64,000 nucleotides of DNA. Source: Zancudomyces culisetae HAW-14-8. Lineage: Eukaryota > Fungi > Kickxellomycota. Each line of letters opens with the position of its first letter. The first letter of the stretch is position 1. A program made the position numbers and the translations under genes. Where the stretch lies: contig JBNJNM010000011.1 in assembly GCA_052426225.1 (NCBI GenBank), positions 4,278,001 through 4,342,000 of the forward strand, written 5' to 3'. This document shows positions 1-12,821 of this stretch, piece after piece. The notes under the pieces were generated by a model. That model did not search any database, was not told the DNA's origin, and saw only the letters and a program-made list of their open reading frames with translations.

Positions 1-237
1 ACATATTATTGTTGTACTCAAAAAAAAACAAGTACAAAACATGACAAGGCCAAAAGCTTTAACAATCGCATACATTTATTTTATCACTGAATTTTAAGAA
101 TGATATCTTGTTTTTGTATAAAACTTACAGTAGCGTCCTCTTTTTACAGCATCATTAGATGGAGGAAATATCTATAGTCTTTGTTTCATGACATTTTTGG
201 CCTTCCTAGAGTAAAAAAAATATATACGCAAGAACTC

Positions 238-1755
238 ATGTTGAATTATAGAATACTAGGTACCATAATGGTACTTCTGGCCACCTTGGTAACAGGTGAT
301 GAATATGGGCCAGATAAGACACAATCTAAAGTCGAGGTAAAGAGTGTTCACAATAATGCAGGATCTCATATATCCAAAAATATTGAAGATTCAAAGTACA
401 ACCCTTTAAAAGGGAAGAACTGTATGGAAATACTGGCAGGGAACAATGGGGGTAAGGGCTATTCTAACAAGAACAGAAAGTATATTTGTAAAGAAAAAAG
501 CGACAAAAGAATGAAATCACAGAATTATAAATGCTATACACTTCTAACCAACAGCTATACAGACCTTACATGTCCAGACCTTTCAACTTGTATTGTTGAT
601 AGAAATTATTTGGTTTGTAACCCCGTAAAATCAAGCCAAAAAAGGGATGATACCTATTTGAACCAATACAATGGAGTATATCCAGCCTACAGTAAAAGAT
701 TCACCAAAGACCTTAAACTAAATAATACAGACTTATTAAATGATTATGGTTGGCTTGATGTATGGGGTAACAGTACTAATTCTAGAAAGCAATATACCAA
801 AGAACTTATAAACCAGGATATGAAAGATTTTAGCAACTACACCAACGATTATGTGGACCTTAGTCAAAAAAATAGAGCGATAGAGGTTGGGAATATTCCG
901 CCTGATCTAGATATACAAGGGTACGTCAGTACAGTCACGGTAAAAGAGACAGTAACTATTGAAGAGAACTGTAGTGATTCTGATGTATATCCGGACGAAA
1001 CAACTGTTGTGATAGAATCCGATTGCGATGATTCTGGGGTATACCCGAACGAAACAACCGTTGTGATAGAATCCGACTGCGATGATTCTGGGGTATACCC
1101 GAACGAAACAACTGTTGTGATAGAATCCGATTGCGATAATTCTGGGGTATACCCAACCGAGACAACTGTTGTCTTGGAAACAGATTGCGATGATTCTGAT
1201 GTATATCCAACCGAGACAACTGTTGTGATAGAAACAGACTGCGATGACTCTGGAGTATACCCAACCGAGACAACTGTTGTCTTGGAAACAGATTGTGATG
1301 ATTCTGGTGTATACCCAACCGAGACAACAATCACCGTAGAAACAAATTGTAGTGACTCTGAAATATATCCAACTGGAACTACAGTTGTGATAGAAACAGA
1401 TTGTGATTTTCTACAATTAAATTCAAACGTAGAAACCAAAACGGTAGAGATCAATTGCTATAATCAAAATGGAAACCTTATGGTAGACACAGGTGTTTTT
1501 GAGGGGTATGTTTATAGGGCGGTTAGCTATGCAGATATGCAAAGAAATTTCACTGGAGGAATAGAGGGTGGTGGTTCATTATTAGCCCCCCTTAGGGACA
1601 ACACTGTGGATATCACTACAAATATGAAGAATGACTCTGGAAATGTGGTCTCTTCAAATGGTGGTAATACGACTGAATCTGAAAACGCCTCGTCCAAAAG
1701 GTACAGAGAGGTCAAGTTGGTATTAGCACCAATAAGCTTTCATAGCGCCGAATGA
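238..1755 (+). CDS. Secreted Cys/Asp/Thr-rich tandem-repeat protein (unknown function)
   Basis: Single-exon ORF. First ATG at 238 gives a signal-peptide-like N-terminus (MLNYRILGTIMVLLATLVTG), followed by a Cys-containing region, several KR dibasic sites and 8 copies of an 18-aa repeat. The track start at 181 is a TTG. Confidence 0.75.
   Translation: MLNYRILGTIMVLLATLVTGDEYGPDKTQSKVEVKSVHNNAGSHISKNIEDSKYNPLKGKNCMEILAGNNGGKGYSNKNRKYICKEKSDKRMKSQNYKCYTLLTNSYTDLTCPDLSTCIVDRNYLVCNPVKSSQKRDDTYLNQYNGVYPAYSKRFTKDLKLNNTDLLNDYGWLDVWGNSTNSRKQYTKELINQDMKDFSNYTNDYVDLSQKNRAIEVGNIPPDLDIQGYVSTVTVKETVTIEENCSDSDVYPDETTVVIESDCDDSGVYPNETTVVIESDCDDSGVYPNETTVVIESDCDNSGVYPTETTVVLETDCDDSDVYPTETTVVIETDCDDSGVYPTETTVVLETDCDDSGVYPTETTITVETNCSDSEIYPTGTTVVIETDCDFLQLNSNVETKTVEINCYNQNGNLMVDTGVFEGYVYRAVSYADMQRNFTGGIEGGGSLLAPLRDNTVDITTNMKNDSGNVVSSNGGNTTESENASSKRYREVKLVLAPISFHSAE
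967..1398 (+). repeat. Coding tandem repeat, 8 x 54 bp (consensus DCDDSGVYPTETTVVIET)
   Basis: 54-nt period read directly (gattgc at 1021, gactgc at 1075). Differences between units are mostly synonymous or conservative. Confidence 0.95.
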
Positions 1756-3382
1756 GTAGTACAGCCTAAACGCCGATTCAACCTAAACATGAAAAGTAAA
1801 GTAACTTTAACCAACAAGCGGAATTCGCATATTTTCCTTTAGTCTTTTTTTATTTTGTACTTGTAAATGATTGATTTTTTTTTAAAAATAAACAAAATGA
1901 GCATATTGCCATATATACTGTGTTTTGCAAATTAAATTAGACAAAGCCTTTTTGAAGAATAGGCTTGATAGGGCGTGAATGTACATAAGATAGACAGGCA
2001 TGAAAAAAAAACCAAAGCACGGAAAGCACGGTTTACACAGCGCATTCCCCTACACCCGCACCATCGTGTGCGAGCCAATTCCCCTTCGTTTGAAAAAAAG
2101 AAGCAGCGCTTTTAGCAGGTAGGATATTCAGGTTTTTGTTGGAATCAAAAGTGGCACATCAAACCAATGTGGAGTGTTATTGTGAATCAGACCGTAAACA
2201 TGCCTCCCTTGCCACCAATAAAACGTAACAAGAATAGTGGCCGGGAACACACGCATCCTCAAAACTCAAGCTTTCCCCTCAGCACATCCATCTTCCCTCG
2301 CCACAGCTCTTCTTTCCCACCTGCTAAAACCTTCCGTCCTCCCCTTTTTTACAAAGGAAGTCAAAAAGATAAGCAGGAAAAGAAAGCAGAAATGGAAGGG
2401 AGGATAGAGGAAAAGGAAAAAGCCCAAGTTGAAAAGTTTAGGTGCGAATTTTTTACAATCATCACTTTGTAATAAACTTCACATGGAAGGATCAAAGATT
2501 AGCCGGTTTTGGGCGCTTTGGAACTGTTTAAATAGTTTTTTTTTTCCTTTGAAGCATATTCACAAAAAGAAAAATTTGAGGAAGGAGGGGGTATGTTTCT
2601 GGATGAGACTTGTTGACTTTGGGCTATGATCGCGGGAAAAAGTAGCGGGTGTTAATATTGTTTGGGTACTGTGGAGAAAAAAACAAAAATGAAGCATGCT
2701 AAGTAAAGGGTTATGGGTATTTATTTATGATATTCATTGGGTAACTAGATCTGGCAACTGCTGGCTTTTTATTTCTTTAGTTATTTTCTTTATTGGAGCC
2801 ACTAGATCAAGCAGAGGAAGAATAAACGTAAAAAAAAAATTTTTTTTCAGTCAAATTCTAAACCCAGTTGTGGAACTCAAATACACAAACATGGCTAGAG
2901 TAACAGGGTGGTTTTATGAGGCATATTTCGTTTGTTGGTGTTAGTGGCACATTATAACCCTAGCGACGCAAAGGGGACGTCGTTTTCAGTGCCACCAGTC
3001 ATGAGCAAGATAATTTATAGAGGTGTGACGGGAGGTGTATATAGAGACAAGTTTGTTGTGTTTAAAACTGAGTCAGACTCGCTCTACCTCTTCCCCTCCT
3101 CTACCAGAAAAAATGGTAGCATTTGCCATATCTGTTGCTAATTTTACTAGTTTTGGTTTTGGCAGGAAAAAAGCTTATTTCATTCCCATTGATTAGGGCA
3201 ATTCAATCCCCATTTCAGCATTAATTTGCAAAAAAAATTTTTGATGACAGAAAACATCAAGTGGGAAGGAAAAAAAAAACAAAATAAACTAGAGCAAAGC
3301 AATTATTGTAAATAAACAACTTTGTAATTAAGAAGGCTCATAATCTAAAAAAGACCATTAACGAAAAAGAATATTTGGAGCA

Positions 3383-5206
3383 ATGGCGTTAAGAGTACCA
3401 ACTACAGGAAGTTCGAATTTGTTCAAAGAAGGGTACAAGACCCTTCAGGGTCTTGAGGAGGCGATAATTAGAAATATTATGGCAACTAAAGAAATAAGTG
3501 AGATGGTTAGAACTTCATATGGGCCACATGGTAAGTCTAGTGCTCGATAAAGATCGAGTCTGTGTATGTTAAAACAGAGATTTCTAGTCTAAATCAAGAA
3601 ACTGATTACATGAATAAATAAAACAAAAATAGGAAAAAACAAGATGATTGTGAATAGATTGGAAAAGATATTTGTAACAAGCGATGCAGCAACGATATTA
3701 CAAGAGGTCGAGGTAGTTCATCCAGCAGCCAAATTGTTGGTAATGGCTTCACAGCAGCAAGAAGCGGAGGTTGGAGATGGAACAAATCAGGTGGTAGTGT
3801 TTGGAAGCGAGCTACTTCAAAAAGCGGAATACCTACTGAGAATGGGGCTTCATCCCTCAGAGATAGCACAAGGCTACGAAAAAGCACTGGAAAAAGCAGT
3901 AGAATATTTGGAAGGGTTGGAAACAGAGAGGATAACAGATGTTAAAGACAAAAAGCAGATTATGGGCGTAGTGGAAACGGCCATTGGGGCAAAAGAATAC
4001 GAAAACCGCGAGCTGTTGGCAAAACTAGTGGCAGAGGCTGTTGTTGCAGTGATGCCAAAGAAATCAGAGCAGTTCAATGTAGACAACATTCGGGTAGTTA
4101 AGATTATGGGAGGAAGTATGGAGCAGTCAGTAGCAATGCAAGGAATGGTTATGGATAGAGAGCCAGAATCGGATATTCGATATGTCAAGGATGTTAAATT
4201 GGCAATATTTTCATGCCCATTTGATGTAGGTGCAACCGAGACAAAGGGAACTGTGGTTTTACACAATGCAGATGAGCTACTAAACTATACCAAAGGCGAA
4301 GAGCGGGAAATGGAGAAGGTTGTTGAAGAGCTCAAGGCAGCGGGTGTGAATGCCGTTGCTTGTGGAGCAGGGCTTGGGGATTTGGCCTTGCACTACTTGG
4401 ACCAAGAGGGGATCCTTGCAGTGAAGGTACCATCAAAGTTTGAGCTACGCCGATTGTGCAGACTGGCAGGAGGGCATGCGCTTGCGCGGTTGGGGGCACC
4501 AACGCTGGAAGAAATGGGGTATGTGGATGAGATACGCGTCGAAGAAATTGGAGGCGACCGTGTGACAGTGGCACGTAATTACCCAGACAGCGAGAAGGCC
4601 CGAGCAGTGGTATCAACAATAGTTCTGCGGGGTGCAACACAGAATCTTTTGGATGACTTGGAGCGAGCAGTGGATGATGGAGTGAATGTAGTTAAGGCAT
4701 TGACTAAGGATTCGCGGCTGGTTGCAGGAGCCGGAGCAATTGAAATGGAGTTGCACCGTGTGATTGGACAGTTGGCTGATTCGACCAGCGGAACTAGCCA
4801 GTATGCGATCCGCAAGTTTGCCGAGGCGCTGGAGGTATTCCCGCGCACAATAGCAGAAAACTGCGGACTGGATCCAACAGACACAGTGGCCAAGCTGGTG
4901 GCAGCACATCACCAAGACAAGGATACTGATACTGGTGCAGGAATCAATGTTGAATACAACGATCAAGTTATTGACCAGAACTACTACCTACATCACCAAA
5001 CAGGAGAGCAGGAGCACAACGAGCAAAACGAAGGTGAACAAAAAGCGTCGGTGCTTCTGGATGCCAGAAAAGCAGGCATTGTAGAGCCACTAGCAGTCAA
5101 ACTATGGGGGCTAAGACATGCAGTGCATGCTGCACTGACTGTATTACAAGTTGATCAAATTATTATGGCCAAAAAGGCAGGCGGGCCTAAAGTCAATCCC
5201 AAATAA
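3383..5206 (+). CDS. CCT8: T-complex protein 1 subunit theta (CCT/TRiC chaperonin); exons 3383-3530, 3633-5206
   Basis: Exon 1 (MALRVP...LFKEGYK...GLEEAIIRNI...RTSYGPH) joins in frame across a GTAAGT..AATAG intron to GKNKMIVN. Motifs TSDAATIL, EVGDGTN, TETKGTV, SKFELRRLCR, DDLERAVDDGVN and VDQIIMAKKAGGP are typical of theta. Confidence 0.97.
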
Positions 5207-5276
5207 TTCCTTTGCTGTTATAGTGTTTATTTATTTATTTGTTGTCTTGTTTTATAAATTCTTAAGTAATAAAGAC

Positions 5277-6582
5277 CTAAAAGTAGTGAGTTTCGGACAA
5301 TGTTCTGCCTCTCAAAAATGGAACGCCATTTCCTGGTACATACACATCCTTGAATAGCTCGCTGATCTCGGGCTCTGGTGATGCCTTGGCCTCGGCTACA
5401 GCTATATCAATATCTTTTTTGACCTGTTTGTCAATGGCCTTGAGTTCCTCCTCAGTTACCAATGGTGTGCTTTGCCCCCCCTGCTCACCTAGCAGCCGGG
5501 TACGGAGCCCGGTGATTGGGTCAGATGTCGAGCGCATGTGCTGCACTTCCTCACGGGTTCTGTATGTTGTTCCTGGATCTGACATTGAGTGTCCGCCGTA
5601 TCTGTATGTTGACATTTCCAGAACTATAGGTCCGCCATTCTTTTCCAAGATCCACTCTTTAGCAAATCGTAGCGATTCACGAACTGCAAGCACATCCATT
5701 CCATTCACTCGAAGTCCTGGGATTGTATCTCCGCGTGTATAGTAGTCTGGGTTTGATGATGCTCGTGATGCTGATGTTCCCATTCCATATTTGTTGTTTT
5801 CACAGATAAATACAGCTGGCAAGTTCCATAGTTTAGCAATGTTAAATGACTCAAACACCTGCCCTTGGTTGGCTGCTCCGTCTCCGTAAAGTGAAATCGA
5901 TATGGCCTTTTCGCCATTATATTTGTGTTTGAACGCCAGCCCTGCTCCCAATGGTACTTGTGCACCTACAATTCCATTTCCTCCAAAAAAGTTGGGTCCG
6001 TACATGTGCATAGATCCGCCCTTTCCGTTCGATATTCCTGTTCGTCTCCCAAAAAGCTCAGCAAGCACTTCGGTTGGGCTAACACCACGCATGTACGTGA
6101 AGCCGTGGCATCTGTATGAAGTGATAATAGAATCCATAGAGGTAATTGCCGCCTCAATCCCCACTGGGATTGCTTCCTGCCCTGTACACAAATGGCAAAA
6201 GCCACGGATCAGCTTGGCCTTATAGGCTGAATCTGCCGCCATTTCCAAACGTCGTACCATATTCATCTCTTTATAAATTTTCAATCCATCCTCTTTAGTT
6301 AACTCTACCTCCAAGTTGGGCATATTTTCCAGTTTGTATCCTGTAAAACTATTGGGATCCAAAGAAAATGTGGCTGAACTTGCGGTTTCAGAGCTCATGG
6401 ATCTTACTCCCAGCACCTATTGTCGTTTTAGAATGTATCTTTAGTCAATTATCCACCAGTTCATTTTCACTCTTATTGGTATTTAAATCTAATAGATCAA
6501 AGCCACCTACCACATTAGCCTTCTTTCCACATGCACCAATTATTCTTTGATTGACTTTTCCAAACATTCCTGCCTTAATCAT
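5277..6582 (-). CDS. PDA1: Pyruvate dehydrogenase E1 alpha, mitochondrial; exons 6582-6511, 6416-5277
   Basis: Motifs IRGFCHLCTGQEA, GKGGSMHMY, the ThDP motif YGDGAANQGQ..N and the phosphorylation loop YRYGGHSMSDPGTTYRTR. An upstream exon supplies a basic presequence (MIKAGMFGKVNQRIIG...) across a GTAGGT..AATAG intron. Confidence 0.97.
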
Positions 6583-7648
6583 TTTTATCTATCGTGTCCT
6601 TGTTGATACTTCTGCACGCTTCAGTATTCAAAACTCAATTTATTAAGCCAGACTGTTTTCGGTGTTATTTTTTGTTTACTCTGCTAAATCCCAAAAAAAT
6701 TTTACGCTTCACTATTTCGGCTCTTTTTTTATAAAACCGCAATTTAATTGTTACATTCAGTAAATCAAATTTCTCCGCAATTACCGCCCATTCTGCCATA
6801 AAATCACCACCCAGTCACAACCACCAATGAATATTAGCGAAAATATTTTTTTAGTGCTTTTCTTATTTACTATTTGTTCTTCCCATTTTTTTAGCTGTAT
6901 AAACAATAGCTGCAAAAAATTTTTTTTGTTGAATGTAAAAATAATAGAGTAGTACATAGTACATTAGCGGCAAAGTGTAATTAGGTCTCGGAAAGTGCGT
7001 AAAAAAAATACCAGCTTGGTATCCTGATGGCATTTCTTTTTCCTGCTTTTCTTTCCCCTTCAGTTCCACAATAAATCATTCTTGTCTTGTAAGGCGCGAG
7101 GGTAACTTTGAATGTCTTCCAGCTAAAAAAAAAGGAGAAAAAGTTAGATCAAGTAAATAAAAGACCTTTCAGAATAACGCAAGAGGGCATAACCTTTAGC
7201 TTGTATTCTTGTAACCTCTGACTGTGTAGATCTGCCGCAGATTTTTGAACCAAAAACAAGTCTATTGGCGTAAGCTTATCACAAACACACTCAACCAAAA
7301 CAATCAACGCGTTAGCTCGTTCGCTTTTCTGCCTGCTAAACATCTAGGAATCAAAAGAGGAAGTCCATTGCCCAACGTATGGATACACACAAATGCAATG
7401 TATACACCACACACACACACACCACCACCACCACCACTACACCCAATATTCAATGGGACTTACTAGTGGTTAATGTTGGATTTGGCGAACATATTTGTTT
7501 TTTTTTTAGTAAGCAGAGGTATTAATCATGTGATTTGTTTTTCTTTTTTTGGTGCACAAAAGGATGACTCTTGCCTAGGCAATTAATTTCAAGGAAATGT
7601 ATCCCTCTTAACCTTAAAAGCATATCGTTACTGTAAAGAAAAAACTAA

Positions 7649-8728
7649 ATGGATCAAAACGTACGGATATCAAAAACTCTAAGTTACATCCTTCGGCATA
7701 ACGCCAGAAAGATGGGCCTTAATGTTCGCGAAGACGGTAGTGTGTTGGTAAATGATTTGGTAAGAAAACAACATGCTCTTGAAGTGATTCATGTCCCTTT
7801 TCTTGTTATATTATTTCTGTTAATTTATTAAAAAAGTCGTACCTTTAACAACAAAAAACGAAATAACTGTATAAAACCAAATAGTTAAAGCTACCGAGAT
7901 TAAAAGGTGTTACCCTCGACAAAATCAAACAGGTGGTGAGCCAGGACAATAAACAGCGGTATACTTTGTACGAAGATCAGGATTCAAGAAGTTGGTACAT
8001 TCGAGCAAATCAGGGTCATTCAATGAAGGTAATTGTATTCCGAGTGGATTTTTATTCATTTACGTTTTAATTGACTTTATATTTCATTATCTCATCCAGA
8101 TTGACGCGTTGCCTTTAAGAAAAGTGGTTAGTCCAGACGAAATACCTATTGCTGTTCATGGTACATATCTTACAAAATGGGTGCATATTAGTAAGTAACT
8201 AATGTAATTTCCTTTCATTTACTTTCCACTCATCTTTTTCTTTCTCACTCAAAGGGTGGGGGGGGGAGGTGAGGAAGTGCCACAAACCAGAAACCCAAGT
8301 ATTTTATATTAGCTACGATTGTTCAAGAAAGTAGTACATATTTTGATACAAATTCTGTGTAAATAGAGAACCAAGGCCTTAAAACGATGAATAGACAGCA
8401 CATTCATCTAGCACCAGGGTTGCCTGGCGAAAGCAAAGTCATCAGTGGTACTTTTCAGTTATTTATTCGCTCCAAATATGTAGATATTGGCGCAGATCGT
8501 AAAAAAGATAAACATTAACTCATTAATTCTTAAATCGGTATTATAGGCATGAGAGCGAGTGCTGATATTTATATTTACATTGATGTCAAAAGCGCAATGG
8601 ATGACGGAATTGAATTTTTCATATCCGAAAACAACGTAATATTAACAAGCGGCATTGATGGTGTCCTTCCAACAAGACACTTTAAAAAAGTCGATACTAG
8701 AAGTGGTAACTTGCTTTCCCCATCCTAG
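7649..8728 (+). CDS. TPT1: tRNA 2'-phosphotransferase (Tpt1/KptA); exons 7649-7759, 7885-8028, 8100-8190, 8367-8447, 8547-8728
   Basis: Five exons with consistent phases give SKTLSYILRH, KQRY, IRANQGHS, HGT, MNRQHIHL, ISGMR and SENNVILT, the Tpt1 signature motifs. Confidence 0.93.
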
Positions 8729-9015
8729 CCACACTTGCAGTGCACACCCTGTTCCAAATGTCTCTGATAACTAGCAATGAGTATATCCCTCCTTCCCCCT
8801 TAGGAATGCTGCAAAAGCCCAATAATGATGATAAACTACAAGCTATTTGCCAACACAGGTACTCGGTGGACTCGGGTTACAGTTGTGCTATATAAAATTC
8901 AATTATACCATAGTGGTCGCAGTCACTCTGATACATAGTCACACAAAGGTATACGCGTATAAATAAATTTTATTTAGAAAAAACCAATCTAACCAGAATT
9001 GTTCCAAATCACTAT

Positions 9016-10293
9016 CTACGGAAGTTGCTCCCATTTTATTTGCGGTTTGTTGTTTTTCTCTAGATACTCATTGGCAAGCTTGAAATGTTTGCAGGTAAAA
9101 AACCCATTGTGGGCAGATAGCGGGCTTGGGTGTACGGTCTTCAAAACCAAATGTTTCTTCAAATTGATGATTCCCTGTGCCTTCTTCTGTGCATAGGCTC
9201 CCCATAACAAAAACACAACATTACTAAGCTTGTCGCTGATTGCCCTGATCACTGCATCAGTGAAGATTTCCCATCCCTTTCCCGAATGCGAGTTTGCCTT
9301 GTGCGCTTCGACAGTCAGTGTGGCATTTAGCAACAGTACGCCCTGCTTTGACCACCCTTCGAGATATCCATGTTGTGGTAGCGTTTTAAATTCATCCGGA
9401 TAGTCCGTTTGTAGCGTTTTATACATGTTTCTTAGTGATGGTGGGATTGCTACACCCTTGCGTACACTGAAAGCCAGACCATGTGCTTGGTTTACGTTAT
9501 GATACGGATCTATACAGTGTTTACGACCTGTTAAATTAGCATTACAGTACTAGACTAGATATTTATTTAAATCAGCGTTAACAACCTTGTCCTATTATTA
9601 CAACTTTGATATCGTTAAACTTTGTGAGTCTTGACCATGTATATACGTCGCTTTCTGGTGGGTATATGGTCTTTTTGGCATTTTTTTCCTGTTCCAAGAA
9701 GGTTTTCAACTATATAATATTTTCGAAATTGAATAAATGGTTGCATCTGTATGCTGCGAATGACATTATGTACCAAAATCATATTTATAAATACATGTTT
9801 GCATTCAAACTCATAAGTATGTTAACTCAGTATATAGTAAACAAGTGTGTTAACATACTTTTATAAAATATGGCTTTTTAAACTCATCGTGAAGGATCTT
9901 GTACCAATCCTCGCCCATGGTTCGCCCCTCTAAGGATCCATCATTATCTTGAGAGATCTTTTCCTTATCCTCGCTCTTAGTCTAATGCAGAATTCTTTGT
10001 TAAGCATATTTTCTCTTTTCATTATTACTATTATTGCTATTATTAAATAACACGAGTGTAAAATCTTGCTAAGCCATCAAATCCTGAAGGCTCTGTTTGG
10101 CTTTCCCAGTACAATTATACACAAATTTTCAAAATTCAGGTAATCAGGTAAATTAACAAAAACATACCTGTGTGCTTAATTTGGTCGTCTTATTTTTTGG
10201 TTCATCCTTTTTCTGAAAAAAGTTGGTTAAGGCCGCAGTTCTTTTAGAGCCCGTAGAAACTGACGATGCGCTAGTCTTTTCTGAAAGAGTCAT
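9016..10293 (-). CDS. UNG1: Uracil-DNA glycosylase; exons 10293-10168, 9981-9859, 9709-9586, 9509-9016
   Basis: The spliced product restores the catalytic VIIGQDPYH motif and has [14 protein letters not shown] and HPSPLS. An N-terminal PIP-box-like ALTNFF is present. All introns are GT-AG and in phase. Confidence 0.95.
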
Positions 10294-10900
10294 TTCTCGC
10301 TATTTATTATGAGTACGCCTTACGCAGATACACAGGTGCAAAATATATTTATTCTTATAACACTATCTTCCTTTAGATATGGAATAGTATTTACATAGAT
10401 CGTTTTCGGCTGCTTTTACTCTTTCCTAAGCAAATAATTTAAAATCTTGGATTTTTGTCATTTTGAAAATGATCACGAATTAGCAATTAGTAGCATCTTA
10501 TTTGCGAAAAATGTTTATTATTTACCCCGTATCGCATTGTTGATTTGCAGTTTATAGTTTTGCACCACACTAGGCGCATAAAACAATACACATGATATAA
10601 TATGATACGCTAACAGGTTAAATCAAGGTAAATCAGAGTATTTTCTGGGTGTACTTATCACTTAACTCTCAATTAGAAAGAAAAGGATAGTAATAGCCTA
10701 TTCTTGCTTTGTCTAATTATTCAAAAACTGTTCACTACCATTTCTAGAACAGAGGTGTTTATTTGTATTTGTGTATACAGCATAATGCACATCACTACAA
10801 GAGATCTAAAAACTGATATAAAATTACTCTTGGAAAAGCCGCGTTCTTCCAGTGGAATTGATTTAAATTACTAATTATACAACCCTGTTTCCTGAAGCAA

Positions 10901-11995
10901 TCAAGATTTTAACTTTGAATATTTTACCAGCAGATCTATTAGATCAAGTCGTACCTTTATATCCTTTTCAAGTTCGACATCAAAAGATTTTCCAATCTTC
11001 CACTGCTCACAAAACGATACAATGTCTATTGGGTTAATTGAGCTTGAATTGATCTCGATACGGTGTTTATTAAAATCACCAAGTGAAGATACTTTGATCT
11101 TTCCTTTTTCGCTGTCTTCTAGACTGCTAATAGTGACAGCACCATCTGATCCAAACTCCAAATAGCTCAAAGTAACATTCCCAGCGACTGAGATGGGGCC
11201 AGACTCGGTTGATAACGGATAAACATGATGTATTAATCTCAAATATCCGAGATACTCGTGCACAAAAAAAGCAAATGTCTGTGTAGACCAATCCTTGATG
11301 GTTTCTGCATTTAGGCCTGAAACGCCGAGATATCCTTCATTCTTGCTCAGCTTCCCACTACCGTTATTCCCAGGAGGATTTACTTTTGACTTTTTACCTG
11401 CTTCAGTGGTAGAGCCGCCTTTGTTTCCAGCCAGACCTCCTGTTGCTTTTTTACTTTTGCTTTTCTTTTTAGATTTGGAATGCACTTCTGTGGGTTCACA
11501 ATTAGAATCTCTCAGCTTTTTTAGCGACTTGGGCTCCTCAGTTTGCTTTACATTGGTGTTTATATTCATTTTCTTAAAATCTTCGTTCATACCATTTACA
11601 TCTTCGCAATTTAATACGCTTTTCAGCTTAAACGCACTTTCGACGCACAAACCCAGCTTGTCTTCAAGGGCTTGATTCATTTTCACCAAAATTCGCTCTA
11701 TTTCTGCATCTTGGGCACTACCCAGAGCTTTCAAGTAATCCAAACTTAAAAAGTGTTTTTCACCGACCAATTCGGTGTTCGTATTTATATATATCCCATC
11801 CTTCCTAGATATCTCCTTCAGCCATTTTGAATCGCGCCTCAATTCATTGATGCTTTCTTGGGTTTGAGTTTTTTGTTCAAGTAAATTTAGTAGCGAATCA
11901 CAAAGTTTGTCGGTCTCAACTTTGAAAGAACTAAACACTTCGATCTGTGTGTTAATACTGCGTAGTGCCCGCACACGGTCCTGGATCGAGTTCAT
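10901..11995 (-). CDS. Hypothetical protein (helical/coiled-coil N-terminus, Lys-rich linker, globular C-terminus)
   Basis: 364-aa ATG-initiated single-exon ORF in AT-rich DNA. No family recognised. Confidence 0.7.
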   Translation of the reverse strand: MNSIQDRVRALRSINTQIEVFSSFKVETDKLCDSLLNLLEQKTQTQESINELRRDSKWLKEISRKDGIYINTNTELVGEKHFLSLDYLKALGSAQDAEIERILVKMNQALEDKLGLCVESAFKLKSVLNCEDVNGMNEDFKKMNINTNVKQTEEPKSLKKLRDSNCEPTEVHSKSKKKSKSKKATGGLAGNKGGSTTEAGKKSKVNPPGNNGSGKLSKNEGYLGVSGLNAETIKDWSTQTFAFFVHEYLGYLRLIHHVYPLSTESGPISVAGNVTLSYLEFGSDGAVTISSLEDSEKGKIKVSSLGDFNKHRIEINSSSINPIDIVSFCEQWKIGKSFDVELEKDIKVRLDLIDLLVKYSKLKS

Positions 11996-12821
11996 TTTTC
12001 AAAATACACTTCTCAGCTTCCTATCACGTTTTTACCTTTCGGTTTTGTAACTTTGCAACTGGATAAAAAATCTAGCGAAATGGTTGTACTGGATCAATTA
12101 AAGAAAATTTTTTAAAATAAGCAGATGGATTTCATTTCAAATCTGTATGTAGCCAAGCGCTGGCCGATTTTAGCAAAAATTTGAAATTTCAATTGCAATG
12201 GACGCGCGCTTTCTCTATTTTTCCGTGCAATTTCATTATATTTCAATGTTTTTGCCTTGCCCACAGTGTAAATCTACTAACACCACTTTAGCACACATTT
12301 TCTATACCCGCATGTATTATCTTATTCAAAGCCGCGCAGGTAATCAGGCATACTACTGAAACATCACCAGCGACAATCGCGGTTTATTTTTTCCCTTTTA
12401 TATTTATTTTATACTCATTCTTACTCTACATTTGCATTTTTTTTTCATTTCCAAGATTTTTCTGTATTACAAGTTTAGATGCTAAGCTCAAAAGATTGAA
12501 TTGTTCCGAAACACCAAGATTCGCAGCAATTACACGAAAAATTGAATTTGAAAAAAAAGGCCCAATGTAGATGCAAATTGGTTTTTAATCTGGTTATTTA
12601 TTGGCTCGCAACGCAACTTTCCAAAGAAAAAAAGGACATACTTTAGCTTATTTAATGAAAAAGGAGTTGACTGCGGTAAATAAATGTGCGATTCTAAAAG
12701 GCTTCTGATGCAGTTAAAATTGACACTAAATTTAAAAATATAGGAAACATTGTATTGTAAGCTTATAAAAGCAATTTAATGGATGCATATTCTTGTACTT
12801 TAAATCGCAAACACTTAAAGA

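Noticed and set aside
967-1398. Regularly spaced repeats here and at 61.0-62.0 kb as a possible CRISPR array
   Set aside because: Units are contiguous, multiples of 3 and in frame, with no unique spacers and no cas genes, in a eukaryotic context.
864-1454. Minus-strand repeat ORFs (196 aa and 124 aa)
   Set aside because: Antisense readings of the 54-bp coding repeat. Variation between units is mostly synonymous or conservative in the plus frame.
2167-3141. Cluster of short ORFs upstream of CCT8
   Set aside because: No homology cues; composition (A/T tracts, purine and pyrimidine blocks) fits promoter or intergenic DNA.
8825-8931. ATGATGA ... CTGA resembling a C/D box snoRNA between TPT1 and UNG1
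   Set aside because: No terminal stem and no guide I could match to rRNA. Such boxes arise often by chance in AT-rich 3' UTRs.
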